From NCBI GenBank assembly GCA_963766715.1, contig CAVYBH010000017.1, positions 32,001 through 96,000 on the forward strand: a stretch of 64,000 bases of DNA, in the 5' to 3' direction. This stretch comes from an uncultured delta proteobacterium. Lineage in GTDB: Bacteria; Myxococcota; Myxococcia; Myxococcales; Anaeromyxobacteraceae. Each line of letters begins with the position of its first letter. Position 1 is the stretch's first letter. The translations under genes were made by a program, and so were the position numbers. The notes beneath the pieces were generated by a model. It saw nothing but the letters and a program-made list of their open reading frames with translations. It did not search any database and was not told the origin of the DNA. Below, piece by piece: positions 44,017 to 54,121 of the stretch.

Positions 44017-44520
44017 ATGCTGCCGCGCCTCGCCCGACTTCTCTTGCTGCCCGCCGTCCTGTCCGCCTGTGGAACGGGCACGGGACCGACGGAATCGTTC
44101 TCGCCCCAGCCCGGAGGCGGGACCACGCCGAGCGCCCCACCCTCCGGGACTCCAGCCGTGATCGCCGTGTCCGGCGGGCTGTCCGGAACCTTCTGGGGAA
44201 CCGTCGCGCTCCTCGACTCCGGGACCCCGTATCCCCGCTTCGTGCTCGCGTCCGAGGGTGAATACCCGATGCCAGACGCCTGGTTCTCCGCGAGCTGCGC
44301 CATCGGATCGGCAAGGCCGGGCTCGTACGGCGTCGACGCCGTCACCGTGCAGCGCGGCGGCGCCACGACGTGGACGGTGGCTCCGGATGGCGGCTCGCTG
44401 ACATTGACCTCCGTCAACCGGAACGGCGCTGGCTTCTGGGAAGTGCACGGATCGCTGGAAGCAACGCTGCGGGACGAGAGCGGTGGAGCGGAGCCCATCG
44501 CAGTGCATGCCACGTTCTAG
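44017..44520 (+). CDS. Hypothetical lipoprotein
   Basis: GGAGG RBS, LSAC lipobox, Pro/Gly linker, beta-rich domain. Confidence 0.75.
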   Translation: MLPRLARLLLLPAVLSACGTGTGPTESFSPQPGGGTTPSAPPSGTPAVIAVSGGLSGTFWGTVALLDSGTPYPRFVLASEGEYPMPDAWFSASCAIGSARPGSYGVDAVTVQRGGATTWTVAPDGGSLTLTSVNRNGAGFWEVHGSLEATLRDESGGAEPIAVHATF

Positions 44521-44610
44521 TCGCGAGCGAGCCGGGTCGTGTGTGTCCATGACCCGGGGTCACATGGCCGAGGGCTACCCCGAGGACGCGCCGGGTGGTC
44601 GGCTGCGACC

Positions 44611-44901
44611 GTGAGGCGAAGTCCCGTCGAGGTGCTCGCAGGCGTGCCGGCCAATCAGGCCGAGCTGGCCGTCACCCTCCTCCGCCGCGAGGGCATCCCC
44701 GTGGAGGTGCGTGAAGTTCTGGCGGGACCGTTGCCCGGCGTCTGGGTTCACGTCGCGGCGTGCGACGCGAGGCGGGCGAGAGGGATACTCGCAGCACAGC
44801 GCTTCCCGGTACCCATGGTCCTGTCGGACGAAGCGACGCCCGAGGCGCAGGCATCGGATGGGGCGCCCGGAGAGGACGTATGGCGCCTGCTCATGCAATA
44901 G
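44611..44901 (+). CDS. DUF2007-like small protein
   Basis: QAELAVTLLRREGIP...VHV...DARRARGIL pattern. Confidence 0.55.
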   Translation: MRRSPVEVLAGVPANQAELAVTLLRREGIPVEVREVLAGPLPGVWVHVAACDARRARGILAAQRFPVPMVLSDEATPEAQASDGAPGEDVWRLLMQ

Positions 44902-45226
44902 GCTGCCACCCGGCGCGTCGTGAACGCGCCCTGGGGAGGGGGCCGTTGGGTGGCAGGTGGGGGCCGGTGCCCTGAGGCTCACGTCGGAAAGCACCCCCGT
45001 CGCTGATGGACGGAGCCGCCACGGTTCGAGCATGAGGTGACTCACGCCGCCGGTCCAGCCCCCGCGAAGGGGCGACCCGACCGAGGGAAATCCAGGGGGC
45101 GATGGAATCCCCTGGCGTCATTCCCGCCGGCGGACTGCCGACGCCTCGCCAATCGGGATGTTCCGCCGACGGACCGCGTCCGGTGACCTACCATCCCGGA
45201 ACGGCCAGGGTAGATTTCGCCCCTCC

Positions 45227-45874
45227 ATGAAGCCCGTCCGGACGCTCATCGCCGCCGCATCGCTCCTCCTCGCGACGCCCGCGAGCGCACAGGTGGGATT
45301 CACCTTCGCCGGCCGGCTCGGCATCTCCATCCCCTACGGGGACGCCTATCGGACGGCCACCGGCGCGACGGTCGCCGTGGCAGGCAACTCGACGGCGTCC
45401 CTGCCGTTCCAGCTCGACGTCGGGGTCACGTTCGCGAAGAAGTACTTCATCGGCGCCTACGGACAGTACAGGTACAGCCTCCTCAAGTCCGGGGTCTGCC
45501 CGGCAGGCCTCTCGTGCTCCGAGACGGGCGCCCGCGCGGGCGCAGAATTCATCTACACGACGGCCACCAGCGGCGCCGGGATCGCCGGGTGGATCGGGCT
45601 CGGTTCCGGCTGGGAGTGGTCCTCGTCCCGGGGCTCGCTGACGAACACGTCGGCCACCGTCACCCTGAGCGGATGGGAGTTCGCGCAACTCCAGCTGGGC
45701 GTGGATGCCTGGGTGACGAACGTGACCCGGTTCGGCATCTACGTCTCGGGGAGCCTGGGCCAGTTCTCCAGGGCCTCGGTATCGGATGACTCCGGCTCCG
45801 CGAGCGGCTCGATACCGAGCAGGACGCTGCACGGCTGGTTCGAGCTCGGGATGAAGAGCACCTTCGATCTGTAG
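45227..45874 (+). CDS. Outer-membrane beta-barrel protein
   Basis: Signal peptide (ASA-Q), alternating aromatic/Gly strands, C-terminal HGWFELGMKSTFDL. Confidence 0.82.
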   Translation: MKPVRTLIAAASLLLATPASAQVGFTFAGRLGISIPYGDAYRTATGATVAVAGNSTASLPFQLDVGVTFAKKYFIGAYGQYRYSLLKSGVCPAGLSCSETGARAGAEFIYTTATSGAGIAGWIGLGSGWEWSSSRGSLTNTSATVTLSGWEFAQLQLGVDAWVTNVTRFGIYVSGSLGQFSRASVSDDSGSASGSIPSRTLHGWFELGMKSTFDL

Positions 45875-46303
45875 CCGCGCGGGGGTGAGTCCACCGTGAA
45901 GCTGCAGGTCAGCCGCAACGGTGCAGGATGATGCCCCATGACCGACGACCAGACGTCGTGGGCCGAGTGGCCCAGACGCCGTGGAGGGATGCGAGCGTCA
46001 GGCATTGGCCATGGACGCTCGGATCCCGCCGCACTCCTCCCGGACCAACAACGTACTCTGGGCCGCAGTCTTTCTCCGTCTGCCAAATGCCCTGCGAATC
46101 GCACACCTGTAGCACCGCGCCGCTGCACCGCACGGTGCGTGGACCTGCCGCCAGCCAGAGCCAAGCCATCATGGTCGGCTACAAGGGCTCACCTCTGGGA
46201 GTGAACCCGGGCGGGAGACCGTGGACGCGGTCCGGGGTGACCAGATAGGCGAAGGCCCCGCGGAATGGGAGTCCGCGAGGCCGTGCCAAGGGAGGGGCTA
46301 TTT

Positions 46304-46804
46304 CTAGCCGCCCGCGCGGACCCGCTTCCCGTACTCCTTGTCGAGGTAGAGCGCTGCGCTCGACTTGTCGCCGATCATCCTCAGCTTCTCCACGATCTCC
46401 TGGACGTTCGCCTCCTCCTCCACCTGCTCGGAGACGAACCACTGCACGAAGACCTGGGAGGCCGTGTCCTTCTCGGCGAGCGCCGTGCGGTAGAGCTCGT
46501 CGATCGACTGGGAGACGTGCCGCTCGTGCTCGAGCACCGCCCCGAACAGATCGAGGATGGAGCCGAACTCCGCGGGCGGCGCCTTCACCCCGCCGATGGC
46601 CGCCCTGCCACCCCGGCTCACCAGGTAGTCGAGGATCTTGTGGGAGTGGTCGAGCTCCTCGAAGTACTGGACGCGAAGCCAGCGTCCGAATCCCTTGTAG
46701 GAGCGCGCGTCGCACGAGGCCGCCATCGCGAGGTAGAGGTTGGCGCTGTACAGCTCGGCGGTGACGTGGGCGTTGAAGGCGTCCTGCATCTTCTGGCTGA
46801 TCAT
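46304..46804 (-). CDS. Non-heme ferritin
   Basis: ELYSANLYLAM, QYFEELDH, EHE, QWFVSEQVEEE, YLDKE. Confidence 0.95.
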   Translation of the reverse strand: MISQKMQDAFNAHVTAELYSANLYLAMAASCDARSYKGFGRWLRVQYFEELDHSHKILDYLVSRGGRAAIGGVKAPPAEFGSILDLFGAVLEHERHVSQSIDELYRTALAEKDTASQVFVQWFVSEQVEEEANVQEIVEKLRMIGDKSSAALYLDKEYGKRVRAGG

Positions 46805-46934
46805 CGAGTCGACCTCCCCTTGGCGTGGACCGGCGGTGGGGAGTTTCTTATCGCCCCCGACGCCGGCGCGCCCCGCCCGGGAGGGGACCCACCCGGCGAA
46901 GGCGGGGAGCGACCGGTCCGGCTATTTACACCAG

Positions 46935-47261
46935 ATGATCCTGGTGACCGGCGCGACGGGCTACGTGGGTGGGCGGCTGGTGCCCCGGCTGCTCGAGGCC
47001 GTCGTGCCGGGCCGCTCCCTGCGCCTGCGGGCCGAGATGAAGGTTCCCGGCCGGGCGTGGCTCCAGTTCGAGGCCATTCCCCGCGACGGCGGCTCGCTCC
47101 TCACCCAGACCGCCTACTTCGCGCCCCGCGGGCTGGCCGGGCATCTCTACTGGTACGCCCTCTACCCGGTCCACGCCGCCATCTTCCGGAACCTGATCCG
47201 GCGCATCGCCGAGCGCGCTCGCGCCCTCGCGACACCGGTCCTGCCGGAGGCGCTCCCGTGA
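46935..47261 (+). pseudogene. YbjT-like SDR/DUF2867 gene with a large in-frame internal deletion
   Basis: MILVTGATGYVGGRLVPRLLEA is joined directly to LRLRAEMKVPGRAWLQF...GHLYWY..YPVH..IF. Confidence 0.78.
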
Positions 47262-48745
47262 TCCGCGTCCCGGCGGAGCGGATCCGGACCGCCTGGGACG
47301 CGCCGGTCCGCAAGGAGGGAAGCTACGTCCTCCTCTGGACCACGGCCTACCGTCGTACCGGGGCGAACTTCGCGCTCGATCGCGCCGTCGAGTGGTCCCG
47401 GGAGCTCTCCCGGCCGCTGGTGGTCCTGGAGGCGCTCCGGGCCGGCTATCCCCACGCGAGCGACCGCCTGCACACCTTCCTGCTCCAGGGAATGGTCGAC
47501 GCGGCCCGGGCCTACGCCGATGCCGGGGTCGCCTACCATCCGTACGTCGAGCCAGCCGCCGGAGCCGGGAAGGGGCTCCTGGGCGCGCTCGCCGCGCACG
47601 CCTGCGTCGTCGTCACCGACGATTCCCCGGCGTTCTTCCTGCCGCGGATGCTGGCCGCGGCCGCGACCCAGGTCCCGGTGCGGATGGAGGCGGTCGACTC
47701 GAACGGGCTGCTGCCCATGCGCACGGCCCCGGCCACCTTCCTCACCGCGCACGCATTCCGCCGCTTCCTGCAGCGGGAGCTGCCCGACCGGCTCCACGCG
47801 TTTCCCTCCACCGACCCGCTCGACATGCCCGGGATCGCCGGCGGGTCCGTCCCGGACGAGGTGGCCGAACGGTGGCCACGAGCCACGGCGGCGATGCTCG
47901 GGGCCACTCCCGGCGCCCTCGCCTCCCTTCCCGTCGATCACGAGGTCGCACCCGTCCTCGACGCGCCGGGAGGAAGCTCCGCGGGTCGCGCGGTCCTCGG
48001 CTCCTTCCTGGCCGACCGCATCGCCCGCTACGCCGAACGGAGCCACCCGGATTCCGACGGCGCGAGCGGGCTCTCCCCCTGGCTCCACGCCGGCCACGTC
48101 TCGCCCCACGAGGTGTTCCGGGCGCTCGTCCGGCACGAGGGCTGGAAGCCATCCCGCATCGGCACGGACTGGAGCGGCAAGAAGGAGGGGTACTGGGGCA
48201 TGAGCCCCGAGGCCGAGGCCTTCCTGGACGAGCTCGTCACCTGGCGGGAGCTCGGGTTCAACATGCTCTCCCGGCGACCGGAAGCCGCCCACGATTTCGA
48301 CAGCCTCCCTCCCTGGGCCATCCGGACGCTCGAGGCCCACCAGGGCGATCCCCGCGACCCGAGCTACGACCGGGCGACCCTCGAGCGAGGCGCCACGCAC
48401 GACCCGGTCTGGAACGCAGCGCAGCGGGAGCTGCGCGAGCGGGGCCGGATCCACAACTACCTGCGCATGCTCTGGGGCAAGAAGATCCTGCAGTGGAGCG
48501 CGTCACCCCGGGAGGCGCTCGCGACCCTGCTCCACCTGAACGACCGGTGGGCGCTCGACGGACGCGATCCCAACTCGGCGTCGGGCATCTTCTGGTGCCT
48601 GGGGCGCTACGACCGGCCCTGGGCGCCGGAACGCCCCATCTTCGGGGTCATCCGCTACATGACCTCCGAGAACACGGTCCGGAAGCTCCACATGAAGGAG
48701 TACCTGCGCCGCTACGGGGCGCAGCCCGGCCTCCCGGGCGCGTAG
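47258..48745 (+). CDS. Class II CPD photolyase-like protein
   Basis: SGLSPWLHAG, FLDELVTWREL, THDPVWNAAQ, HNYLRMLWGKKILQW, NDRWALDGRDPN. Confidence 0.9.
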   Translation: MIRVPAERIRTAWDAPVRKEGSYVLLWTTAYRRTGANFALDRAVEWSRELSRPLVVLEALRAGYPHASDRLHTFLLQGMVDAARAYADAGVAYHPYVEPAAGAGKGLLGALAAHACVVVTDDSPAFFLPRMLAAAATQVPVRMEAVDSNGLLPMRTAPATFLTAHAFRRFLQRELPDRLHAFPSTDPLDMPGIAGGSVPDEVAERWPRATAAMLGATPGALASLPVDHEVAPVLDAPGGSSAGRAVLGSFLADRIARYAERSHPDSDGASGLSPWLHAGHVSPHEVFRALVRHEGWKPSRIGTDWSGKKEGYWGMSPEAEAFLDELVTWRELGFNMLSRRPEAAHDFDSLPPWAIRTLEAHQGDPRDPSYDRATLERGATHDPVWNAAQRELRERGRIHNYLRMLWGKKILQWSASPREALATLLHLNDRWALDGRDPNSASGIFWCLGRYDRPWAPERPIFGVIRYMTSENTVRKLHMKEYLRRYGAQPGLPGA

Positions 48746-48763
48746 CCTCGCGCCGCCCGCGCC

Positions 48764-49738
48764 CTACACGTGGTTGCGGAGCATGAGCTCCTTCGGGTGC
48801 GGCGCGAGGTGCGTCTGCCCCTGGAGATACGCCACGCCCAGCTTCCGCACGTGGTGGCGGATCAGGGTGAGCGGGACCACCAGCGGCACGAGCCGGCGCC
48901 GGTAGTCCCGGATGGCGTCGTGCAGCTCGGCCTTCTCGTCCTCGGGGAGCGAGTCCTTGAAGTAGCCGGCCATGTGCTGCAGCACGTTCGTCTGCTTGCC
49001 CGGCGTGGCGGGCTTCGCCATGGCGCGCATGAAGATCTCGCCGTACTGCCCGGGCAGCGCCTCCCGGGAGGTGGCCTTGGCCTTGGCCACGATTCGGCCG
49101 AGCTGGCGGTAGCCCTCGGTGTCGTGGGCGAGCAGGAGCAGCTTCTCGGCGGTGTGGAAGCGGACCAGGTCGCCCACCGTCCACCGGCCCTGGAAGAGGT
49201 CCTTCAGCCGGCGGTAGGCGAACACCCGCTCGACGAAGTTCTCCCGCAGCTGGGGGTCGTGGAGCCGCCCCTCCTCCTCGACGGGCAGGAGCGGAATGCG
49301 CGCCATCAGGACCTCGGCGAAGAGCCCCCGTCCCGACCTCGTCGGCGCGCCCTTGGCGTAGACCCGCACCCGCTCCATGCCGCAGCTCGGCGAGTCCTTC
49401 TTGAGGATCCACCCGCACAGGTCGAGCTTCTCGAGGTCGGCCACGCGGCGCTCGGCGTACCGGCGCATGGCCTCGGTGTGGTCGATGGCGTTCTTCGGGT
49501 CGACGAGGTGGATCTCCTCGCCGCGGCGCTCGAGCCGGATGGTGGGGCGAGGGATGCTCATCCCCACCTCGACCTCCGGGCAGACCGGCACGAACTCGAC
49601 GAAGCGCGCGAGCAATCCGGTGACGAAGGCGTCCTTCTTGTGCCCGGAGTCGAAGCGGACCGACTGGCCCAGCAGGCAGGAGGAGACTCCGATCCGGATG
49701 GGACCGCCCGTTTCACCCTGGGTCATCGCCGCTCCCAT
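48764..49738 (-). CDS. DUF523/DUF1722 (YbgA-like) protein
   Basis: GVSSCLLG, VCPEVE, KKDSPSCG, EEEGRL, FH..KLLLLAH, ELMLRNHV. Confidence 0.92.
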   Translation of the reverse strand: MGAAMTQGETGGPIRIGVSSCLLGQSVRFDSGHKKDAFVTGLLARFVEFVPVCPEVEVGMSIPRPTIRLERRGEEIHLVDPKNAIDHTEAMRRYAERRVADLEKLDLCGWILKKDSPSCGMERVRVYAKGAPTRSGRGLFAEVLMARIPLLPVEEEGRLHDPQLRENFVERVFAYRRLKDLFQGRWTVGDLVRFHTAEKLLLLAHDTEGYRQLGRIVAKAKATSREALPGQYGEIFMRAMAKPATPGKQTNVLQHMAGYFKDSLPEDEKAELHDAIRDYRRRLVPLVVPLTLIRHHVRKLGVAYLQGQTHLAPHPKELMLRNHV

Positions 49739-49740
49739 GC

Positions 49741-51201
49741 TCAGCGCTTCCGGGATCCGAAGAGGCTCCCCAGGATGCCGCGCACCAGCTCGCGGCCAAT
49801 CTGCGTCCCGGCCGATCGCGCCACGCTCTTCGCCATGGCGCCCAGCGTCTCGGCCACCTCGCTCCTCGGCTCGGCGGCCCGCCCCCGGCCCGTCGACCGG
49901 GCCGGCGGCTCCTCGGCGGCGCGCTCCGCGGCGCGGGCCTGCAGCCGCTCGTAGGCCGACTCCCGATCCACGGCCTCGTCGTACTTCCCCTTGAAGGGCG
50001 ACGCCCTCATCACCCGCTTGCGCTCGTCCGGGCCGAGGGGGGCCAGGCGCGACCGGGGCGGCAGGACGAAGGCCCGCTCGACCGGCGCGGGAATTCCCTT
50101 CGGGTCGAGGAGCGACACCAGCGCCTCGCCCACGCCCAGCTCGGTGATGGCCGTGGCCGCGTCCACCTTGGGGTTCGATCGGAAGGTGTCCGCCGCCGTC
50201 TTCACCGCCTTCTGGTCTCGCGGCGTGAAGGCGCGCAGGGCGTGCTGCACCCGGTTGCCGAGCTGGCCGAGGACGGTCTCGGGCACGTCGATGGGGTTCT
50301 GCGTGACGAAGAAGACCCCGACCCCCTTCGATCGCACCAGCCGCACCACCTGCTCCACCTTCTCGAGCAGCGCCTTCGGCGCGTCGGTGAAGAGCAGGTG
50401 CGCCTCGTCGAAGAAGAAGACCAGCTTCGGCTTGTCCGCGTCCCCGACCTCGGGAAGCCGCTCGTAGAGCTCGGAGAGCAGCCAGAGCAGGAAGGTGGAG
50501 TAGAGGCGCGGCGACTGCAGCAGCTTGTCGGCGGCCAGCACGTTCACGATCCCCTCGCCCCGGCCGTCCACCTCGAGGAGGTCGCCGAGGTCGAGCGCCG
50601 GCTCGCCGAAGAAGCGCTCGCCGCCCTGCTGCTCGAGCGTGAGCAGCTGTCGCTGGATGGCGCCGACGCTGGCGGGCGACACGTTGCCGTGGCTCTTCTG
50701 CAGGTCGCTCGCCCGCTCGGCCACGTGCTGGAGGAGCGCGCGGAGGTCCTTCAGGTCGAGGAGCAGCAGGCCGTCGTCGTCCGCCACCTTGAAGGCCAGC
50801 GAGAGCACGCCCTCCTGCACGTCGTTCAGGTCGAGCATCCGGGAGAGCAGGACCGGGCCCATCTCGGAGACCGTGGCCCGCAGCGGATGCCCCTGCTCGC
50901 CGAACACGTCCCAGAAGACCACCGGCGCGCCGGAGGGCTCGATCGTCACGCCGAGCCGCTTCGCCCGCTCGAGCATCTTCTCGTCCGGCTCGGCGGCCAG
51001 CGCCATGCCGGAGAGGTCGCCCTTCACGTCCGCCAGGAAGACCGGGACGCCGATGCGGGAGAGGCGCTCGGCCAGGACGCGGAGCGTGACGGTCTTCCCG
51101 GTGCCGGTGGCGCCGGCGACCAGGCCGTGCCGGTTGGACATGCCGGGGAGCAAGCACAGGGTATCGGTCCCCTTGGCGACGGGGAGCGGCGGAGCGGACA
51201 T
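49741..51201 (-). CDS. DUF853/YjgR HerA-like ATPase
   Basis: [49 protein letters not shown]. Confidence 0.93.
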   Translation of the reverse strand: MSAPPLPVAKGTDTLCLLPGMSNRHGLVAGATGTGKTVTLRVLAERLSRIGVPVFLADVKGDLSGMALAAEPDEKMLERAKRLGVTIEPSGAPVVFWDVFGEQGHPLRATVSEMGPVLLSRMLDLNDVQEGVLSLAFKVADDDGLLLLDLKDLRALLQHVAERASDLQKSHGNVSPASVGAIQRQLLTLEQQGGERFFGEPALDLGDLLEVDGRGEGIVNVLAADKLLQSPRLYSTFLLWLLSELYERLPEVGDADKPKLVFFFDEAHLLFTDAPKALLEKVEQVVRLVRSKGVGVFFVTQNPIDVPETVLGQLGNRVQHALRAFTPRDQKAVKTAADTFRSNPKVDAATAITELGVGEALVSLLDPKGIPAPVERAFVLPPRSRLAPLGPDERKRVMRASPFKGKYDEAVDRESAYERLQARAAERAAEEPPARSTGRGRAAEPRSEVAETLGAMAKSVARSAGTQIGRELVRGILGSLFGSRKR

Positions 51202-51265
51202 TCGGGTTCTTCCTCCCGCAGGGGGAGATAGCACGGGGCCGGGGCGAATGCCCGGGACGCCCCTT

Positions 51266-53501
51266 TCAGCCGCTCCAGCCGGTGCGCACGCCCAGGGACG
51301 CCGCCACCCGGAGCACGTCGGTGAGCACGCCTCCGGCGGTGAGCGCGCCGCCCACACCCGCGCCCTGGATCACGAGCGGCGACCCGGAGCGGCGGACGGT
51401 GGTCGCGGCCACGTAGGCCTCCACGTCCCGGAGGCGGGCGGCGCGGTGATCCGGGCCGACGTCGTCGGGGCCGACCCGGACCCTGCCGGACGGGACGTCG
51501 ACGTGGACCAGGTAGCGGAGCATCCGGCCCCTCAGGCGCGCCTCGCGGATGCGGTCGGCGAAGGCCCGGTCGTGGCGGCGAAGCGCCTCGAGCATCTCCG
51601 CGGACGTCCCCGCCGCGGTGACCTCGGGCGGCAGGAGCGGCTCGAGCGCCACGTCGCCGACGTCGAGCCTCATCCCAAGTTCCCGGGCCAGGATCACCGC
51701 CTTGCGGGCCGAGTCGAGACCGGTCAGGTCGTCGCGAGCATCCTCCTCGGTGTAGCCCAGCTCGCGCGCCCAGCGGAAGGCGAGCGACAGCGGCGTTCCC
51801 TTCTCGGCCTCGCCGAGCAGGAAGCCGGCGGTGCCCGAGAGCGAACCCTCCACCTCGAGCACCCGGTCGCCCGTCCGGACCAGGTTTCGCAGCGTGCCCA
51901 GGAGGGGGAGGCTGGCTCCCACCGAGGTCTCGTAGTGGAAGTGGACGTGCGCCTGGCGCCGCGCCGCCGCCAGGCGGTCCCGGTCGGCGGTGGGGGCGGC
52001 GAGCGGCAGCTTGTTCGCGCCCACCACGTGAATGCCGCGGCGGAAGGCCTCCTCGTAGACGGGCAGGAGCGCGGCGTCGGCCGTGAGGTCGACGAGCACG
52101 GGCCCCGGCAGGCGCGCCAGGCGATCGAGGACCGGGATCGCAGCCGGGAGCCGGAACGGGCCCGTTCGAGGCGCCGCCAGCAGGCTCTCGCGCCAGGTGC
52201 CCAGATCGAGGCCGCGGTCGTCGAAGCAGAGGCCGTGACGGTCGCCGATTCCCACCACCCGGAGCGCGATGTCGTAGTCGGAGGCGATGCTCCCCACCTG
52301 CTCCCGGACCTGGTCGAGGAGGGGCGCTCCCACCTTCCCCTTTCCCAGGACGAGGATGGACATGCCCGGCCGCTCCTCGGCCGGATGCGCCACCGGGCGG
52401 GAGGCGCGCCGTCCCTCCACCCGGGCGCGGAACTCGGCCACCATTCCCGAGAGCTCGTCCACGTGGATGAGGAAGCCGTCGTGGCCGTGGGGCGACTCGA
52501 GCCGCTCGAGCCGTGCGGCCGGCATGTGGCGCGCCATGACCCGTTGCTCCTCCGGGGGGTAGAGGACGTCGGTGTCGATGGTCACGACGAGCGCCGGCTG
52601 CCGGATGCTCCGGAGCACCGCCTCGTAGTCTCCCCGGCCGCGGGCCACGTCGTGGGTGTCCATGGCCCGGGTGAGGGCGTGGTAGGTCGCCGCGTCGAAG
52701 CGGTCGACGAGCTGCTGCCCCTGGTAGCGCAGGTAGCTCTCGATGGCGAAGAGGTCGACCGCCTGCGGGCGGCGGCTGTAGCGCTCCTCGAAGCTCTCCC
52801 AGCCCCGGTAGGTGCACATCGCCATCATCCGGGCGGCGGCGAGCCCGGCCGCCGGGGGCTCGGCCGGATTCGTACCGCCCCGCGGCCCAGCGCGGATCGG
52901 CGACGATGGCCTGCCGCTGGGCCTCGGAGAGCCCGATGGCCCAGGCCGAGTGGCGCGCCGGGTTGGCGATGGGCACGAGGCTCCGCACCAGGTCGGGGAA
53001 CAGGAGCGCCCACTCCAGGACCTGCATCCCGCCCAGCGACCCGCCGATGACGGCCCGGATGGATCGGACGCCGAGAGCCTCGCAGAGCTCCGCCTGTGCG
53101 CGGACCATGTCACGGAGAGTGATAGCCGGGAAGGCGCCCAGGTACGGCAACCCCGTCGCCGGGTCCACCGACGCCGGGCCGGTGGTCCCGTAGCAGCTCC
53201 CCAGGATGTTCGCGCAGACCACGAAGTCCCGGTCCGGATCGAGGGCCCGGCCCGGACCGAACATCCGGGTCCACCACCGGTCCACGTCGGCCGACCCGGT
53301 GAACGCGTGGCAGACCACCACCGCGTTGTCCCCTTCCGGGGAGAGCTTGCCCCAGGTCCGGAAGGCGGTCTGGAGCACCGGGAGGCTCGCTCCCGACTCC
53401 AGCGGGAACGGACCCGGGTGCACGAACCAGCGGGTCTCGGGCGCGATGAAGGCGGCGCGGGCCGGCGGCAGGGGATCGGGAGGCTGGTCGACGAAGGACA
53501 T
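51266..53501 (-). CDS. metX: Homoserine O-acyltransferase fused to homoserine dehydrogenase, frameshift near 52870
   Basis: HAFTG, GGSLGG and HGHDGFL, then in frame [36 protein letters not shown]. Confidence 0.88.
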
Positions 53502-53578
53502 GGCCGGCGGCGCGTGGGAGGAGCGCGGAATCTACGGGCTGGAGCCGGGGGCAGTCAAGATAGCGGAAAAGCCTCCGC

Positions 53579-54121
53579 TCACATGGAGGAGGGACGTCGC
53601 CCGCCCGCGGCGCGCCGGCGCAGGCGGAAGCGCTCCCGGAGGAACGCGGCCAGGCGCTCGACCTCGTCGGGCGCGAAGGCCGGGAGCTTTCCCGGGGCGG
53701 GCTCGTCGGTCACCACCGCGATGAACCCACGACCCCGGGCGCAGAGGAACGTGCGGTCCACGGTGCGGCGGTGCACCTCGATGCGCGGGAGGCGCTCCGA
53801 CTTCCACCCCTCGACGAGGACCAGGTCGACGGGAGGGAGCATGCGGACCAGCGCGCGGGCGCCGCCCTTCCGGGGAGGCCCGAAGACCGCCAGCTGGGTG
53901 GGCCCCTGCACGGCCACCGCCTCGGCCCCCGCCCGCAGGAGGAGGTCGCTGTCCTTCCCCGGGACGTCGAAGCCGTGGGGGTGCCCGGAGTGCTTGATGG
54001 CCGCGACGCGGATCCCGGCGGCCGACAGCACGCGCAGGAGCCCCACGAGCAGCGTGGTCTTCCCCGCTCCGCTCGGCCCGGACACGGCCACCACGGGGGT
54101 CGCGCGGCGCGTCTTCTTCAC
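53579..54121 (-). CDS. mobB: Molybdopterin-guanine dinucleotide biosynthesis protein B
   Basis: SGPSGAGKTT, IKHSGH, DVPGKDS, LVEGWK. Confidence 0.9.
   Translation of the reverse strand: MKKTRRATPVVAVSGPSGAGKTTLLVGLLRVLSAAGIRVAAIKHSGHPHGFDVPGKDSDLLLRAGAEAVAVQGPTQLAVFGPPRKGGARALVRMLPPVDLVLVEGWKSERLPRIEVHRRTVDRTFLCARGRGFIAVVTDEPAPGKLPAFAPDEVERLAAFLRERFRLRRRAAGGRRPSSM

Noticed and set aside
44930..45200. Riboswitch or ribozyme upstream of the beta-barrel gene
   Set aside because: Hairpins are present, but no c-di-GMP, hammerhead or cobalamin consensus could be matched.
46225..46285. GGGGTGACCA plus hairpin as a tRNA-end/att relic
   Set aside because: No TTCGA T-loop and no partner repeat; the hairpin fits a ferritin terminator.
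53502..53580. SAM riboswitch upstream of metX
   Set aside because: Spacer under 80 bp with no S-box consensus.
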